Source of the DNA: Fistulifera solaris
Lineage: Eukaryota
Reading direction: 5' to 3'
Length of the DNA: 64,000 nt
Assembly (NCBI GenBank): GCA_030295235.1
Contig: AP026144.1
Location: forward strand, 124,001-188,000
The notes under the pieces were generated by a model. It did not search any database. It was not told the DNA's origin and saw nothing but the letters and a program-made list of their open reading frames with translations. The position numbers and the translations under genes are program-made. Each line of letters starts with the position of its first letter. Within the stretch, counting starts at the first letter, position 1. Below are positions 45,610-59,500 of this stretch, one piece after another.

Positions 45610-47228
45610 ATGACAAAACACCCAGACGAAGAAGAGACGCTTCCTTTGACGCGCAAGAACAGTCCGCGTCGTGCTTCCTCTTCGTTACTCGATGAGCTCC
45701 GTTCTTCGACTGATATTGTTTTTCAAAGTCGTTACAACTGGTTACTCGTCTTGGGACCGATGGCTGTCTTAGGAGAAGCATCCGGGACGCTCAATGAAGC
45801 GGCTTGCTTTGCCTTTTCGGGTTTGGCTTTGATTCCTCTGGCCGAACGATTGTCGTTTATTACCGAACAAGTTGCCGAACACACCAACGGAACGATCGGT
45901 GCTTTATTGAATGCGACATTTGGGAATGCTCCGGAATTATTAATATCGGTGGCGGCTCTCAATTCGGGTTACTACCGCGTCGTGCAGTTGGCCATGCTGG
46001 GGTCGATGTTTACGAATATGATACTGGTATTTGGTGTGGCGTGTTTAATTGGGGGATTTCGATGGCAAGTGCAAGAACTCCGATTAACCTCTGGTAATGT
46101 CAATGTGCTCATGTTGATGCTTTCGACGAGTGGATTGTTGTTTCCTGCGGCGTTGGTGTTGACGGGGCAACTCGATCTGGATGTACACAACCGCGACGAT
46201 CGCATACCCTCCAAACAAGAAGTCAAATTTTCCAGAGTCAATGCTGCTGTTATGCTCATTCTGTATTTATGCTTCTTACTCTTTCAACTCGGAACGCACA
46301 AGGACGAATTTGACGAAAAACCTCGTCCCAAGACTAAATTCAATGCATTTTGCCGGCGGTTTCTTCGACGCACCAATCAAGACGTTATCAGCAGTAATCA
46401 TGATTCGTTTTCACAAACCGAACTACGGTTACTGCGGCGAAAATCGCATCAATCCGAGTCAAAGCTTTTGAACGGGAACGATCTTATGAATATAGAGGAG
46501 GATGACACGAGCGCGGACGGTGATTCGTCTGTGCATCACCGGAGACGACAACGAAAAATGAGTTTGGGTAGAAGCATTCCTACCGCCGACGCCATGTTAC
46601 ATTCCAGCGTGTCTTCGGACAAGATGAAGCATGCCTTAGATTTGGATTTTAGCAGTACCCATCACGACGATGAAGACGGCAACGCGTCGGACGATTCCCA
46701 TGCACACCATTCGGGACCGCTCATTTCATTACGGGTGGGTATCGGGTGGCTTTTCATCATCACCTTGTGCGTATCTGCCATTACGGATGTTTTAGTAGAG
46801 ACGATTGATGGCTTTGCCGCACGCATGGGCGTCAGTCAAGTGTTTACATCCATGGTCATTGTACCGTTCTTTTCCAATGTGGCCGAGCAAGTGAGTGCTT
46901 TCCTTTTGCCTACCGGAACGAAATGGATCTTTGTGTGGGAGTCACTGTGGGAAGTGCTATACAAATAGCCACCTTTGTATTACCCGGCAGTGTGTTGATT
47001 GGAATGATGATGGATCGATCCATGACACTCTTCTTTCACGGCTACGAAACCGTTAGTTTGTTCTTTGGAGTCATGGTGGTGGGAGTGATTTTACAAAGTG
47101 GTACCACCAACTGGTTGGTGGGTGCTATTCTTGTGGGAATATATGTCATTTTTGCTTCTGGTATTTGGTTCCATGAAGTGGAGGAATTGACCGTGGATGC
47201 CGAGACCTTCCGCGTTTCGGGCGGCTAA
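45610..47228 (+). CDS. CAX: Ca2+/H+ exchanger (CAX, CaCA superfamily); 1-bp deletion near 46903
   Basis: GALLNATFGNAPEL alpha-1 repeat, SNVAEQ and GSAIQIATFVLP alpha-2 region, acidic/His-rich loop. Confidence 0.92.
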
Positions 47229-47789
47229 AGCAATGGGGGGATAAATTTTTCGCATCCAAGAGCCTAACGTGAATCAATTTTTCGAAGCGAAGAGAGGCGA
47301 GAAACAAAACGCCTTTTTCTGGTCATGAGAGGCTACTCAGCATGATATCCTTCAATCGACCCAAAGATCAGTGCAAATATGCATTGAGTTGAAAGTATTT
47401 GGATCAAAAGCATTCAACTGTAAGTTTGTTTTGAATATAGAATATTTTACAATTTTTCATGAACCCTCATACAAGGTAATTTGGGCGGACGGTTGTTGGC
47501 GGAAGTGCTGAGGTATTTTGTCATGGGAGGACAAGCAAAGACAGTTATGAATCAGGTGCATGTGAGACATCGACGTAAATAATGTCCGGTGCTATAGAAA
47601 CGTTGTTGCGAATGAATGGTCACTCGACATAACCATTTTACCAAGATTTTTATATGCAATTGGTGCTCCTAGATGCTGACATCAATAAAGTAAACCTGAA
47701 AGTAACTTGTGCTCATGTCCCATCCCTCAAATCTTTCGATACATTCTATGTTCGTTTAAGTGACTTCTACACACATTCCAACACAAATG

Positions 47790-49120
47790 GTTTCCAAAAC
47801 AATCTGCGAAACGAACGTATTGTAGGCAGCACTGCCGCTTCAAAAAGTATGCTAAACGATCTTCTGGTAGCTGCATGGTCGCTCCAAAAAATATGTATTC
47901 ATGACTGAAGTGCAGTCGTGGCGAAAAGCGGTCAACACTATTATCTATAGTAAATACGCAGACAACGTTTCGCAAAGCTTTTCAAGCCTATTTCACTGTA
48001 ATTACGACAAAAGGTTTCAAAAAAATCTGCGAAACGATCTTCTGGTAGCAGCATGGTCGCTCCAAAAATATGTATTCATGACTGAAGTGCAGTCGTGGCG
48101 AAAAACGGTCAACACTATTATCTATAGTAAATACGCAGACAACGTTTCGCAAGGCTCTTCGACATACAAATATTAAGTCGTGTAGTGCAAACGCCGCCAA
48201 AGCCTATTTCACTGCAATAACGACAAAAGGTTTCAAAAAAATCTGCGAAACGATCTTGTTGTAGGCAGCATGGTCGCTCCAAGAAATATGTATTCATGAC
48301 TGAAGTGCAGTCGTGGCGAAAAACGGTCAACACTATTATCTATAGTAAATTCGCAGACAACGTTTCGCAAGGCTTTTTGACATACAAATATTAAGTCGTG
48401 TAGTGCAAACGCCGCCAAAGCCTATTTCACTGCAATAACGACAAAAGGTTTCAAAAAAAATCTGCGAAACGATCTTGTTGTAGGCAGCATTGCCGCTCCA
48501 AGAAATATGTATTCATGACTGAAGTGCAGTCGTGGCGAAAAGCGGTCAACACTATTATCTATAGTAAATACGCAGACAACGTTTCGCAAGGCTCTTCAAC
48601 ATACAAATATTAAGTCGTGTAGTGCAAACGCCGCCAAAGCCTATTTCACTGCAATAACGACAAAAGGTTTCAAAAAAATCTGCGAAACGATCTTGTTGTA
48701 GGCAGCATGGTCGCTCCAAGAAATATGTATTCATGACTGAAGTGCAGTCGTGGCGAAAAACGGTCAACACTATTATCTATAGTAAATTCGCAGACAACGT
48801 TTCGCAAGGCTTTTTGACATACAAATATTAAGTCGTGTAGTGCAAACGCCGCCAAAGCCTATTTCACTGCAATAACGACAAAAGGTTTCAAAAAAATCTG
48901 CGAAACGATCTTGTTGTAGGCAGCATTGCCGCTCCAAGAAATATGTATTCATGACTGAAGTGCAGTCGTGGCGAAAAGCGGTCAACACTATTATCTATAG
49001 TAAATACGCAGACAACGTTTCGCAAAGCTTTTCAAGCCTATTTCACTGTAATTACGACAAAAGGTTTCAAAAAAATCTGCGAAACGATCTTCTGGTAGCA
49101 GCATGGTCGCTCCAAAAAAT
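47790..49120 (+). repeat. ~218-bp satellite array, about 6 units, with alternating (dimeric) internal variants and identical short outer units
   Basis: atgactgaagtgcagtcgtggcgaaaa starts at 47901, 48078, 48296, 48515, 48733 and 48951 (spacings 177, 218, 219, 218, 218). Confidence 0.95.
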
Positions 49121-49814
49121 AATATGCAAACGCATCTATATTTTCCTAATTGGGTTGGTTCTACATTTTTTATTGCAAATATCGATCGCCTTGAGCTAAA
49201 AATATGATTTGCGACACAACAAAAATATTTTCGAATCAAAGTCGCCTGTCGCCAGATGTCTGCATGGACGATGAACTGACAAATTATATATCAGGAAAGC
49301 GTCTCAATTTACTTCGCTCGATTAAAGAAAAACTCATACCAGTCTATAGGGTTCCATCGACATCGATTTTTTCACCAATCAGCGATTCTCCTCCATTTTT
49401 GGGGGGCTCGACCTCTACAGGAACGACGGTTTTGGTGTCAAGAAACAATTCGTCGTTGCATATCAGCAAAGCACGATCAATATATGCATTCGGTTCATAG
49501 CGAGAAAGCAAGTTCTTTGCGAAACGCAATCAAGAAAGGTCTTTGCTGCTTAATGGCGAATGGCGATAGAGGAGAAAGATCATGGAAAATGACATCAAAC
49601 GGCGCGAAAACGAGTTCTTTCGACGTCTGACTGTCGCTCGCTTCGCTCACGACTTTTATACAGAGTAATTTCCAATTGGTCCACCAGCATGGTATTACGA
49701 ACAATAATTGCCCACATTTCGGTGGTTGGCATCTTCATCCTATTTCTCTTTGCTTTGTCGTGTTACCTGGTACCAGGAACAAGAAGCAAAACATACCATA
49801 TTATCCTATTCATT

Positions 49815-51793
49815 ATGAAAGGCTGGCCTTTATGGATTAGTTTAGCATTGTTGCTGAGTGCAACAGATGCTTTCGTGACACCAATCAACGTTTTTACTCA
49901 TCGTCATCGGCAGCACTTTCAAAGTGGCCGATGTCATTCTCGAAACAGCCGACAATCTCTTCCACGACACTTGCTGCTGTGCCGTTATCGTCGATAACAA
50001 CACCGGAAACGGGTTCTGTAGCCCTCTGGAATTTGTTTCTTGAGACTCTCATTATCAACGGAGTTCCGGCTTTGTTTACGATTTTAACGATCGGCGCGGC
50101 CGCATTCTTTCTCGCGATTGCGCGCGGAAAAGATAAAAAGTCTACGGAACGATCCCCGTTCGGAGGAAAGAATCCAGTTTACCAGCTTTACGATGACTTG
50201 TATGGTGATCAAGATCAAACTACCGAAAAGGAACGAAAAAGTCCCTTTCAACGTCTCTTGGGATCGCGACAACCCGAACCGCTTCCGCAAAATGTCGGAG
50301 TCCCCGCCGAACAGTACATTACCCTCACTAATTTGAATCGCGTGTATGATTCCTACAAATACAGCATGACCGCTGCAACACAAAGTAAAGCAGCGGCGGC
50401 AGCCGCCTTTCGGCAAACGGCATTTCAGAATGCTTGGGTCAAGGCGGTGGCGGAAGATTCATCGGTGTGGCGCGAATTGCAACAAGCCGAAGCGGAATTC
50501 CTGGAGGAAGGTGCTTCTCTTACGTCAGATTTGCATGCTCTGCAAACGCAACTGACTCAGAATGTTGTTGATGAAGAGGTCAAGGCCATGATGGAGGATG
50601 GTGACGCTTCCTCTCTTTATCAACTGGATCCTCATGTGACCGTCAGCAACGTGACGGCAAATGCGACAAAGGTTGAACGAAAGAACCCTTGGAAGAGCAA
50701 AAACGTCAACAGTAAGATTCTGGAGCTGCAAAAATCAATTCAAGACTTGGAACTCGATTTTATTCGAAATGTGGTGAACATTGTTGGTCCGAAACATGCT
50801 GCCTCCGTTCGGACAGCCTTGATGGGTAATGTCGCCACGCGAGGCATTGGAAGTCTTTTACAAGACTTGCAAGATCGGCCACTGAACCAACTCCTTTCTT
50901 CCAAGGATCATGTTCGCCCAAATCTATTCGTCGCGCGCTTTCCCGGTGACGCCACAGCATCTCAGGTGGAAACACTCCGTGAAGAAGTCACCGCCATTGT
51001 GAATTCGGCTCGTCCGGGTATTGATGAAGCTCTGATTGTTCTCCAGACCGGAGGTGGAACGGTTACTGGCTATGGTTTAGCGGCGGCTCAGTTGCTGCGT
51101 CTCAAGACGGCCGGATTGAAACTGACGATTGCTGTGGAACAAGTCGCGGCGTCGGGTGGGTATATGATGTGTTGTGTAGCCGACCATATTGTAGCGAGTC
51201 CATTCGCTGTGTTGGGGTCGATTGGTGTAATCACCGACATTCCTAACGTATACGAAAGACTCAAAAGGAGGGCATTGAATTTCAAACTGTTACAGCGGGA
51301 AAGTTCAAACGGACTTTAACGCCCACCAAAAAAAGTATCGAAGGAAGATTTCGAAAAGACTAAGGCAGACGTGGAGGAAATCTTGGTGCTTTTTCGAGAT
51401 TTCGTCGCGGAAAACCGACCCCAATTGGATATTGAGAAAGTAGCCACTGGTGAAACATGGTTCGGAACAGCGGCACTCGAACGAAAGCTCTGCGACGAAA
51501 TCAAAGCGGTTGATGACACAATAGCTGATTTTGTCAAGAAGGGATACAATGTATTTGAAATTGAATATACTCCCCCAGTGGAAACCCTATTTGGTCGCAT
51601 TTCGCCAGCAAGTGCCGAAAAGCTGAATAGTACGGGTGGAGATGGGTTGCTAACAAAGGGTGTTACATGGCTCGTTCGGACAGTTGCTCGCGAGGTCACG
51701 AAGGAACTCGGAGGCTCGTTTAACGATGTTCCTTTACAGAACCGATATATGATGAAAGACGACAGGGCAGACAGAATCAGGTCGCAAGATTAA
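49815..51793 (+). CDS. Plastid-targeted peptidase S49 (SohB/SppA-like); indels near 49905, 51265 and 51330
   Basis: Signal MKGWPLWISLALLLSATDA-FVT; LREEVTAI, GGGTVTGYGLAAAQL, VAASGGYMMCC, GSIGV, TAGKFKRT, ATGETWFG. Confidence 0.9.
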
Positions 51794-51874
51794 GAGAGCT
51801 CGCATTCCCTTTACAAGCGCGATATAACATTGCTATTAGCTGGATGGTAAGTTAGTAAAATTTTTAATGACTTT

Positions 51875-54035
51875 TTAAATGCGCAAGTTGCCGACTGCCT
51901 CCGCCAACGAGGCATCCGAAATCACCTTGGCTTTGTCGCTACTACCACTAGATAACAAGCTCTTTAAGTCGCCGCTACTTTTACTGTTGGGCGTGATGGA
52001 AGGCTGGGTGAAAGGCTGGTTGCTGAACGAGCGACTTCGCTGCGCTTGGCGGTCGGTCTTGTCACTCGGGGACTTCGATGGTGATTTCGAGCGCAAGAGT
52101 GCAGCAATGTGACTTCCACTCGGACGCCGATTTCGGGGTGTTTTAGGCTCTGCGTTATCGCGTGAGGACAACCGATTTTGGAAAATATCTCTCTCGCTGA
52201 AAGCTCTTCCAGTCGATCGCCCGCGGCCTTTTGTGGGACGTATTACTTGTTCGTCACCATTATAGCTAGTGTTGTAAAATTCACTTTGACGTCGCGGAGC
52301 TTTCGAAGTCGCTTTCAGCGTGCTTTCTGTCAATTTTAACGTTGACAAATCTTCGCTCGCGCGACGGGTAGCTTTGACTAAACTTTCGTGGCTGGACCTC
52401 TGTGGAGCTGATCGACGAAGTACGTGTTCCGATTCACTTTTCTCCTTTACACGTCCACTTCCTGGTGAACGACGAGGCGTCATTCCCATCTCGACAACAT
52501 CTTTGTTGCGACTGTCGGGTGTCCTCATGTCTACTACCGGTAACTTGCGACTGCCCCGTCTAGGAGTCTTAAGCGCTTGACCAGGAAGAGTTGTTTCATC
52601 TCGTCCCTTGGAACTATCCGGACTCCGACTGAGTTTAAGTTTTCGCTCTTCGACCGCAGAAGCCGATTGCGGAGCCGGCGATGCCCGGGTCGAAATTTTC
52701 TTTCGACGTGGTGCTGGTGTCCGGAAGGAACCGTCCGCCGAAACCGTTCGGGGTGGCGGAGGTCTTCGGTTCTGGCTCGGGGTGTATCTCCCGCCGAACG
52801 ACTACGGGTGACACTGTCACGCTTTTCCTCCTCCTCCTCCACTTCATTTTCTTCGTCGGTATCTCTATACACTCCCGATGTTCCGACTGTGACGAATGAT
52901 CCATTTTTACTATCCCCTCCATCCAACGTCCCTCGTGTACGACCTGAATCGTGTTTGGCGTTGTCGTGTTCGTCGCCACTGAATAGCAAAGCATTTTCTA
53001 GAATATCACACAACGCTTTCATGGCCGGACGATGGATGGGATCCCATGCACTGGTTACCAGTTCGATCAAAGAGGACGACCAGTCATAGGGGTCTAGTTC
53101 CGGTCGCTGTTGTTGTGTTACGGTACGATAATACAGTTCAGCTCGACTCGAACAACGACGAAACGGAATTTTCAATGTGACCATTTCCCATAACATGATT
53201 CCAAAGGCGTAGACATCCGATGTCGATGATACGATACCAGAATAGACTTCGGGGGCCGCATACGGTAAAACGCGCCGTACATCATCGGATTGCTGCAAAC
53301 TCCGTGGAAAGTGTTGAGAATGCACGTGCCGGGCGTGCCGAAATTGACACAATTTGATGCGTCCATAGCGCGAATCGAAACCCACTTTAGATGGTGTGAG
53401 ATGATATACAATTTTCTTGCAATGCAAATACGCTATAGCCGATGCCACATCCATGGCAATTTCCAGTCGTTCGTGCAATCCCTTGGCGGAGCGTCTCCAG
53501 GAATCGATTCGATCGGGTAGCATTTCGACGACGCGATCAACAATGAGAAAAGCTCCCGTCCTCCCAGACGATAGAAGAGTATTTTCATCTTTTGCATTCC
53601 GTACGCTTGTAATATATGAGGATGTTTGGGAGATGCTGCTGTTAACATGTACACCTCGGTCACCCAGTCGATGACGGTATCTTCCGACAGTGGTGGCTGC
53701 AACGACCGCAATACAAAATGCCCGTCAATACTCCGATCCGCAAACCGACTTCTCGCATGTTCCATTCCTTTCCCAAAAGAACCCGATTGCAAATCCATGA
53801 CAATCCGGATAGTTCGTAATTCATGATCGGCGGTGTGATGCGACCAGTATACGGGGTCTTTGGAAACCACGACTTCATCACCGTGAAATATGGGAACGGA
53901 CGGGGTGATGCCATTGGTAGTAGGATCATAGAAATCTCGCGTAAAGCATTCTTTCGCTTGTGCAGCAACTTCAAGTAAAGACGTGATAGGTTGTGAGGTC
54001 TCTTCCGACGCGTCAGACGAGGATTGATGATCCAT
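51875..54035 (-). CDS. Diatom TKL-type kinase-fold protein, probable pseudokinase, with long basic disordered tail; frameshifts near 53585 and 52600
   Basis: HPHIL, ERLEIAMDVASAIAYLH, YAAPEV, SDVYAFGIMLWEM, RPAM; catalytic loop is IVYHLTPSKVGFD and the DFG position is CQF. Confidence 0.78.
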
Positions 54036-54529
54036 GGGATGGGAGACGAGTTTCACACAAGTTGTTGTTAATTATTTTGGATGGTGCAAATTACAATCCG
54101 TTCCTCCTTGTATCGTGGAAAAGGTACCGGTAACAGTTGAAGGTCTAGATAAATAATACTATCACAAACAACAAGTTTCACTGGATGAATGTTGTACGAT
54201 AGATAGGATGAGTATTATTTAAAAGTCTTTTTACGTCGCTTCTTTGGCGCATCGGTCTTTTTGTTTTGGCTTTTTTCTTTCTTTTTTCATGAAAGTTGAT
54301 TGGGCGAGAAAATGAGAAAGCGAAGCCGTTGCGTGAGTCCCATGAAAATGGAGTCGCGAATTGAGATGAAGGTTCGCATCCGGAAACACGTCACAATGTT
54401 TACTCTCAGTCACAGTGCTTCTCATTGTACTCGCCACTTTCACAATGTTGTTATTCCTTGCTTTGTAGTCTGCTATAATAATATATCCCCAATTCTTCCC
54501 TTTCCTTACTTTTCTATTGACGTCCAATT

Positions 54530-56017
54530 ATGATGCGAGCTATACATTCCTTGGTTCTTGGTTATTTATTTGCCTTTACGGATGCATTCTTACTTCGCAA
54601 CGTCGCATCTTCCCCTCATCACGCGACGGCACGATACGCATCTTCTAATTCTGCTTCTTCTTCTGCTCTGACAACATCACTTAACGTCACGATTGTTGGT
54701 GCCGGACCAGCAGGATTGTTGTTAGCACATCGATTGCTCGAAGGGGGAGCATCGGTGAATATTTACGAAAAGCGGGCACGGCCCGTCTTGGGAACACTAT
54801 TGCCGGGACGAGCGTATGCTCTCGGCATCGGACGTCGGGGTCGGACGGCCCTGCAACAAGCACCCAATGTGTGGGAAGCGGTTCGTCAGGCGGGTTTTCC
54901 TTCGGATCGATTTCGGTTACATGCGGGACCGGTGGCGTTGAGAATTACGAGACAGCGCCGGCCAGCAAGAACCATCATTACTTTGTTTTCAAAGTGATTT
55001 GTGTGCGGCGCTGTTGAAAGAACTGGAGCAACAATATAGTACGGATAGACTGACGATTCAATTCAATGTACCGGTCACGAATATTAATTTCAAAGATCGA
55101 ACCTGTCAAACAAAAAATGGTGAACTGGTTGCGTTTGATCTCATTGTAGGTTGCGATGGTGTTAATTCTGTCGTTCGAGAAGCTATGCAAAAGGAATGGC
55201 CGGCCTTTAAAGTAACCCAACGAGAACTTCCCGGAAAATTCAAAACGGTGCAATTACCCAATGTTCCCAGTGACAAGTTGGATCCAACGGCGGTCTCGCT
55301 AGTGATGCCGCAAAAGGAAGCACTACTGCCTTTGTCGAGCCGGTTTCCGACAGTGGTCGCTGTTGCGTATTATTTGCCGGTTCCAACTCCTCGGATCCAC
55401 TTCTGGTGTCAAGTGATGCGACGGAAATAGAGCAAGTGCTACAGGAACGCTATCCCTCGTTTCGACCGGAAGCGCTAACGTCGGCGGCCGAGCAATTGGC
55501 GAATATTCCCAAGGCCTCTCAGGCCTCGTCGGTTCAATGTAATATTTATCATTACAACGATGTAGCGGTGCTTTGTGGTGATGCAGCCCATGCGACGGGT
55601 GGCGTATCGGGACAAGGCGTAAACAGTGCCCTTACCGATAGTGTCGTACTGGCGGAATGCATCCATCAAAGCACTTCCATGCGCGAAGCATTGAATGCTT
55701 ATTCCATGAAACAGGTCCCCGAAGGTCACGCTTTGTATGATTTATCATTTCCACCACCACCGTCGAGCAAACTTGAAGCATTGGGTCGTACATTAGGAAC
55801 GCTTCGCGATTTCATTTTCCGAGGGCGTTTCGGAATTGGAAAACTTCCGATACAAGTGCAGTTGACCACATCGTTAGAATCTTTTGCTGATATACGACGC
55901 GCGCGAATGGACGGCTTTCCATCCCAGAGTGAATGGGAAAGGAAATTGTCGACTCTAGATGCATCCGCTGTAGCTAGTTTGTCAGCCCGAGGCAAAGAAA
56001 CAACAAGTACAAAATAG
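54530..56017 (+). CDS. FAD-dependent monooxygenase (kynurenine 3-monooxygenase-like family), predicted plastid-targeted; indels near 54942 and 55315
   Basis: Signal FTDA-FLL; IVGAGPAG, DLIVGCDGVNSVVR, LCGDAAHATGGVSGQGVNSALTD fingerprints. Confidence 0.88.
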
Positions 56018-56586
56018 TCAAAATTATTGTTAATGATAGGAGTCAGGCAAGGTTTCCATTCCGCCTTTGTACGAAATACAAGAATTAATAGAGTAAAAAT
56101 ATACGAAAATAAAGATCGTAGACTAGTCTTCCTAATTGTGGTAATTAGTCGTTCTTAAAGACGAATGATTGTATGAATCTATCATAGATCGCGGATCGTT
56201 TTGCTTTTACCTGTTAACCCTTTCTCCATTCTCCTTACAAAACAATGCTGCTTCACAATAGTATAAAACATGTTTTAGTACCGTGTTGCAGTGGTAATTG
56301 GGCTACACACTAAAATAATAGACTTCATTAAAACCGTGTAATTCTCCGCCGCGCGCACCGCTGCTCTCTCTATGAACGACAAACTGATAGAAACAAAATG
56401 AATAACATTGCAGGAAGGAAATTCGTTTTGTAATCTATTACATGAGCACTGAAATAGGGGGAGAGACTGTCGATGCTGAGCTAATTTACAATATTGACTG
56501 AAAAGTAAATTTGCAAGCCGAACGATTTTCGAATCATCATCATTCTTAACACACGCCGTCGTCACAATCTGATTGGAAGTATTGCA

Positions 56587-59500
56587 ATGTCTTCTCAGGA
56601 TCAAAATCTCTCGCAGAGTGATAGCTTAGAAAGGCGAGCACTGGAAAGTGAAGCGCAAACGTGGAGCATGGTCGAGACAGCGACGTCGGAAATAGGCCGA
56701 ACAAGGAACAATCCATCAATCCCATTTCGGATGAATTTACACCAGTCCAAAAAAAGGAAACGGAGAATCATTTCTTCCGAAACGACAAGCGGAAACTCGA
56801 GTAGCGGTAGTAGCAGCGAAGACGATATTGGCGACGACGAGGGGAGCACAGCTGTTGAATACAAACCGAGGAACGCTGCCGATACAAGTTCGCAAGGAGA
56901 GGTCACTGAAGGTGAACATAAGCGTATAACTAACAATGAAGCTGGAACTTCTGGGAATGATGGCTCTCCTATTTCACCACATTCTTCATTTCCTCAACCA
57001 GAGGGCTGGAGAGTAAAGTTGTACCGCTTGAATGCAGACGGAAGCTGGGATGATTGTGGAACGGGTCGCATCGTTTGCTTATACCGTCAACAGCAAAAGA
57101 GCAGCAAGTCGTTTGCCCCTGGCTCCGATCAATGGTTGTATCAAGAAACAGGCGAGGCAACATTATGTGTACATGCAGAAGTTACGAAGCAGAATCGTCA
57201 GCAGCGTGTTCTGTTGAGGACAAGGATTTTGCTTCGGGACGCGTATCAACGCCAAGGAGAGAATATAATAACGTGGTGCGAGCCGTACTACGGTGGAGAC
57301 CCAAATCAGCAAAGAAATTCAGCAAACCATCAGCACGGCCACGGTCATCATCACTCTAGTCCTGTTAGCGCTGAAAACAATGCTGGCGTCGATCTGGCGT
57401 TATCATTTCAAGACAATGCGGGATGTTTAGATATATGGCGCCAGATTACTCATGTTCAGCATTTTGCGGCAGAATTAATACGACAACAAGCGCAACCAGA
57501 TCGCGTTCAGGACATGGCTGCGCAGGTGGCGGCAGAGCATCACTCCAATCTGCATAGACAGCAACAGCAAGAATTATGGGCCCATTTGACCGATGAGCAC
57601 ACGAACTCTGTTTCTGAGGCGGAGGTACATTACAATAGTCTATTGGAGCAAGCGCTGGTGCAATCGTTACCAAGTCCACCAACGCTTGAGAATTTGGAAG
57701 ATATAGCGGACACAATCGCTGCTTTGCAACATACACAATACGCCCCTCAGCAACGAGAATACCTGGCACTTTGGATCGCGAACGATGATTGTTCTTATTT
57801 GAAACAGTTGATCGGTTTGTTTCCGGCAGCTGAGGCGAAAGGGGACTATGGGAAGCTGGCGACTTTGGCAGCATGCGTGAAAACAATCTTGCTTTTAAAT
57901 GAACCTTCAATTCTGGAGCTGGTCATCAACGTCGCTTCAATCTTTGAAGACATTTGCAGCTGTTTAGAATACGACCCTGATTTACGAGAGAAGGCAAATC
58001 ATCGATGGTTCCTGCAAGAAAGAGCTAAGTTTCGGACAGTGGTCCCTATGGAGGACCCCGAGTTGATTTCCGCAATCCACAGGGCATTTCGGGTCAATTT
58101 CTTGCGTGACACACTTTTGCGACCAACCATGGATGAATCAGCGCTGACTACACTAAGTTCGCTACTTACGTTTACTCATGCCGATGTTGTCAAAGGTGTT
58201 ATGCTATCAGGGTCAGGAAAAGAGGTCATTCTGAAAGACAGCTACTTAGTCCGGGTCATTCGTCTACTTGCCGTGGAAATTTACGCTCTGGCTGCACTCG
58301 ACTGGATGGACCTTGAAACTCACGCAAACGGAGAAAGCAAGTCGGCACTCACAGTTGCACCGGACGACGACTTCCTGGTTGGCGACCCGTCAATTGTCGT
58401 TGGAGAAGTTTCCCTCAATACAACGTCATGGAAACAATACCTGGCACCTCAAGATCGCACGCCGGCTTCGCGTAGGCTCCGCAAAGGTGGTTGCTTATAT
58501 TTTCTTCGCGAGCTATTCAATATGGTCCGAACGTCATTACAACAATGTGACAAAGACAACTTTTTTCCTGCTATATGTACGCTGCCGATTGCTTTGTATG
58601 AAGAACGAGAAATACCTGATAACGCCTCACAAGCAAGTCAGTTTGTGGAGGTTGGTAGCTTAGCAAGTACTATCAAGTCTTCTGGCGGAACGATAGACGT
58701 CGAGGTACCGGAAGGGGCGCAGCTGGATATCCCGTTTCCTTCAACGCCAGTTACGTTGTTATCATTGTTGGCGAGCGTGTTATCTGATCCTCACGCTGAT
58801 TTATCTGAAAAAAGTTGTGCTCTAGAAATAGTCTCGGGTGTTACGATGCACGACCCCGGTCTTGTAAGGATATGCTGTCTTGAATTTTACGATGAGTGGA
58901 TCAACAAAGGCGGTTCATCGATTCGACCTGAAGCAAATGAAAGTAAACAACTTATGTTGTCAAACCCTCCTCAGGATCTGCTGGCCTCGTTACTGGTCCT
59001 GTTGAATATAGAGACGGATGCTGGCCTGCTCTTACAAGTTACTGAGGTTTTGCGTGTTATTCTCGACACGGAGATAACAATTAACAAAGGCTCGTTGGGC
59101 CCCGGGTATGCTGATGACGCGGAACGCATGCCTGCTGGAAGCTATCAGCAAAACAATCTGCGTGAACGACATAACCAATCGGTTGCCGCTTCAATAAGCA
59201 CCGACCAGAAACAATTTTTATCGCTTTTCTACGAGCACTATGTTTCATGGCTGGTAGCCCCTTTCCAGTTCACTATTTTAATCCCAGTTCGCCGTGTACC
59301 GGAGGACGTCCTGTTATCCCCAGATGAATCTCCTCTGATGCAGAAGATTTTGACTGCTTTCAAGCAGGACGTCAACCCGGGAGACCATCTGTTGCATACA
59401 GTCCCGCATTGCGCAATTCGAAGTTCTTTCGCCGTTGAACTTCTGAGCTTTTGTGTTCGTGCCCACCAATACCGCACCAAGTTTTTCTTGCTGAAATCTC

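Noticed and set aside
47790..49120. 218-bp array as CRISPR, an RNA-gene cluster or short repeated ORFs
   Set aside because: Whole units are repeated with no variable spacers; no 5S, tRNA or snRNA features were recognised; ORFs are short, differ in frame and are by-products of the repeat.
560..55320. Frameshifts in about 14 otherwise intact genes as programmed frameshifting or mass pseudogenisation
   Set aside because: They are single-base gains and losses, mostly in homopolymers, in both directions and sometimes compensating (51265/51330, 25795/25760). They hit essential genes (BUB1, TTI1) and share no slippery-site or stop context. Assembly error is far more likely; read mapping would settle it.
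43684..56017. Clustering of plastid-targeted genes as a functional gene cluster
   Set aside because: They are interspersed with unrelated genes and belong to no common pathway; the frequency is plausible by chance in a diatom.
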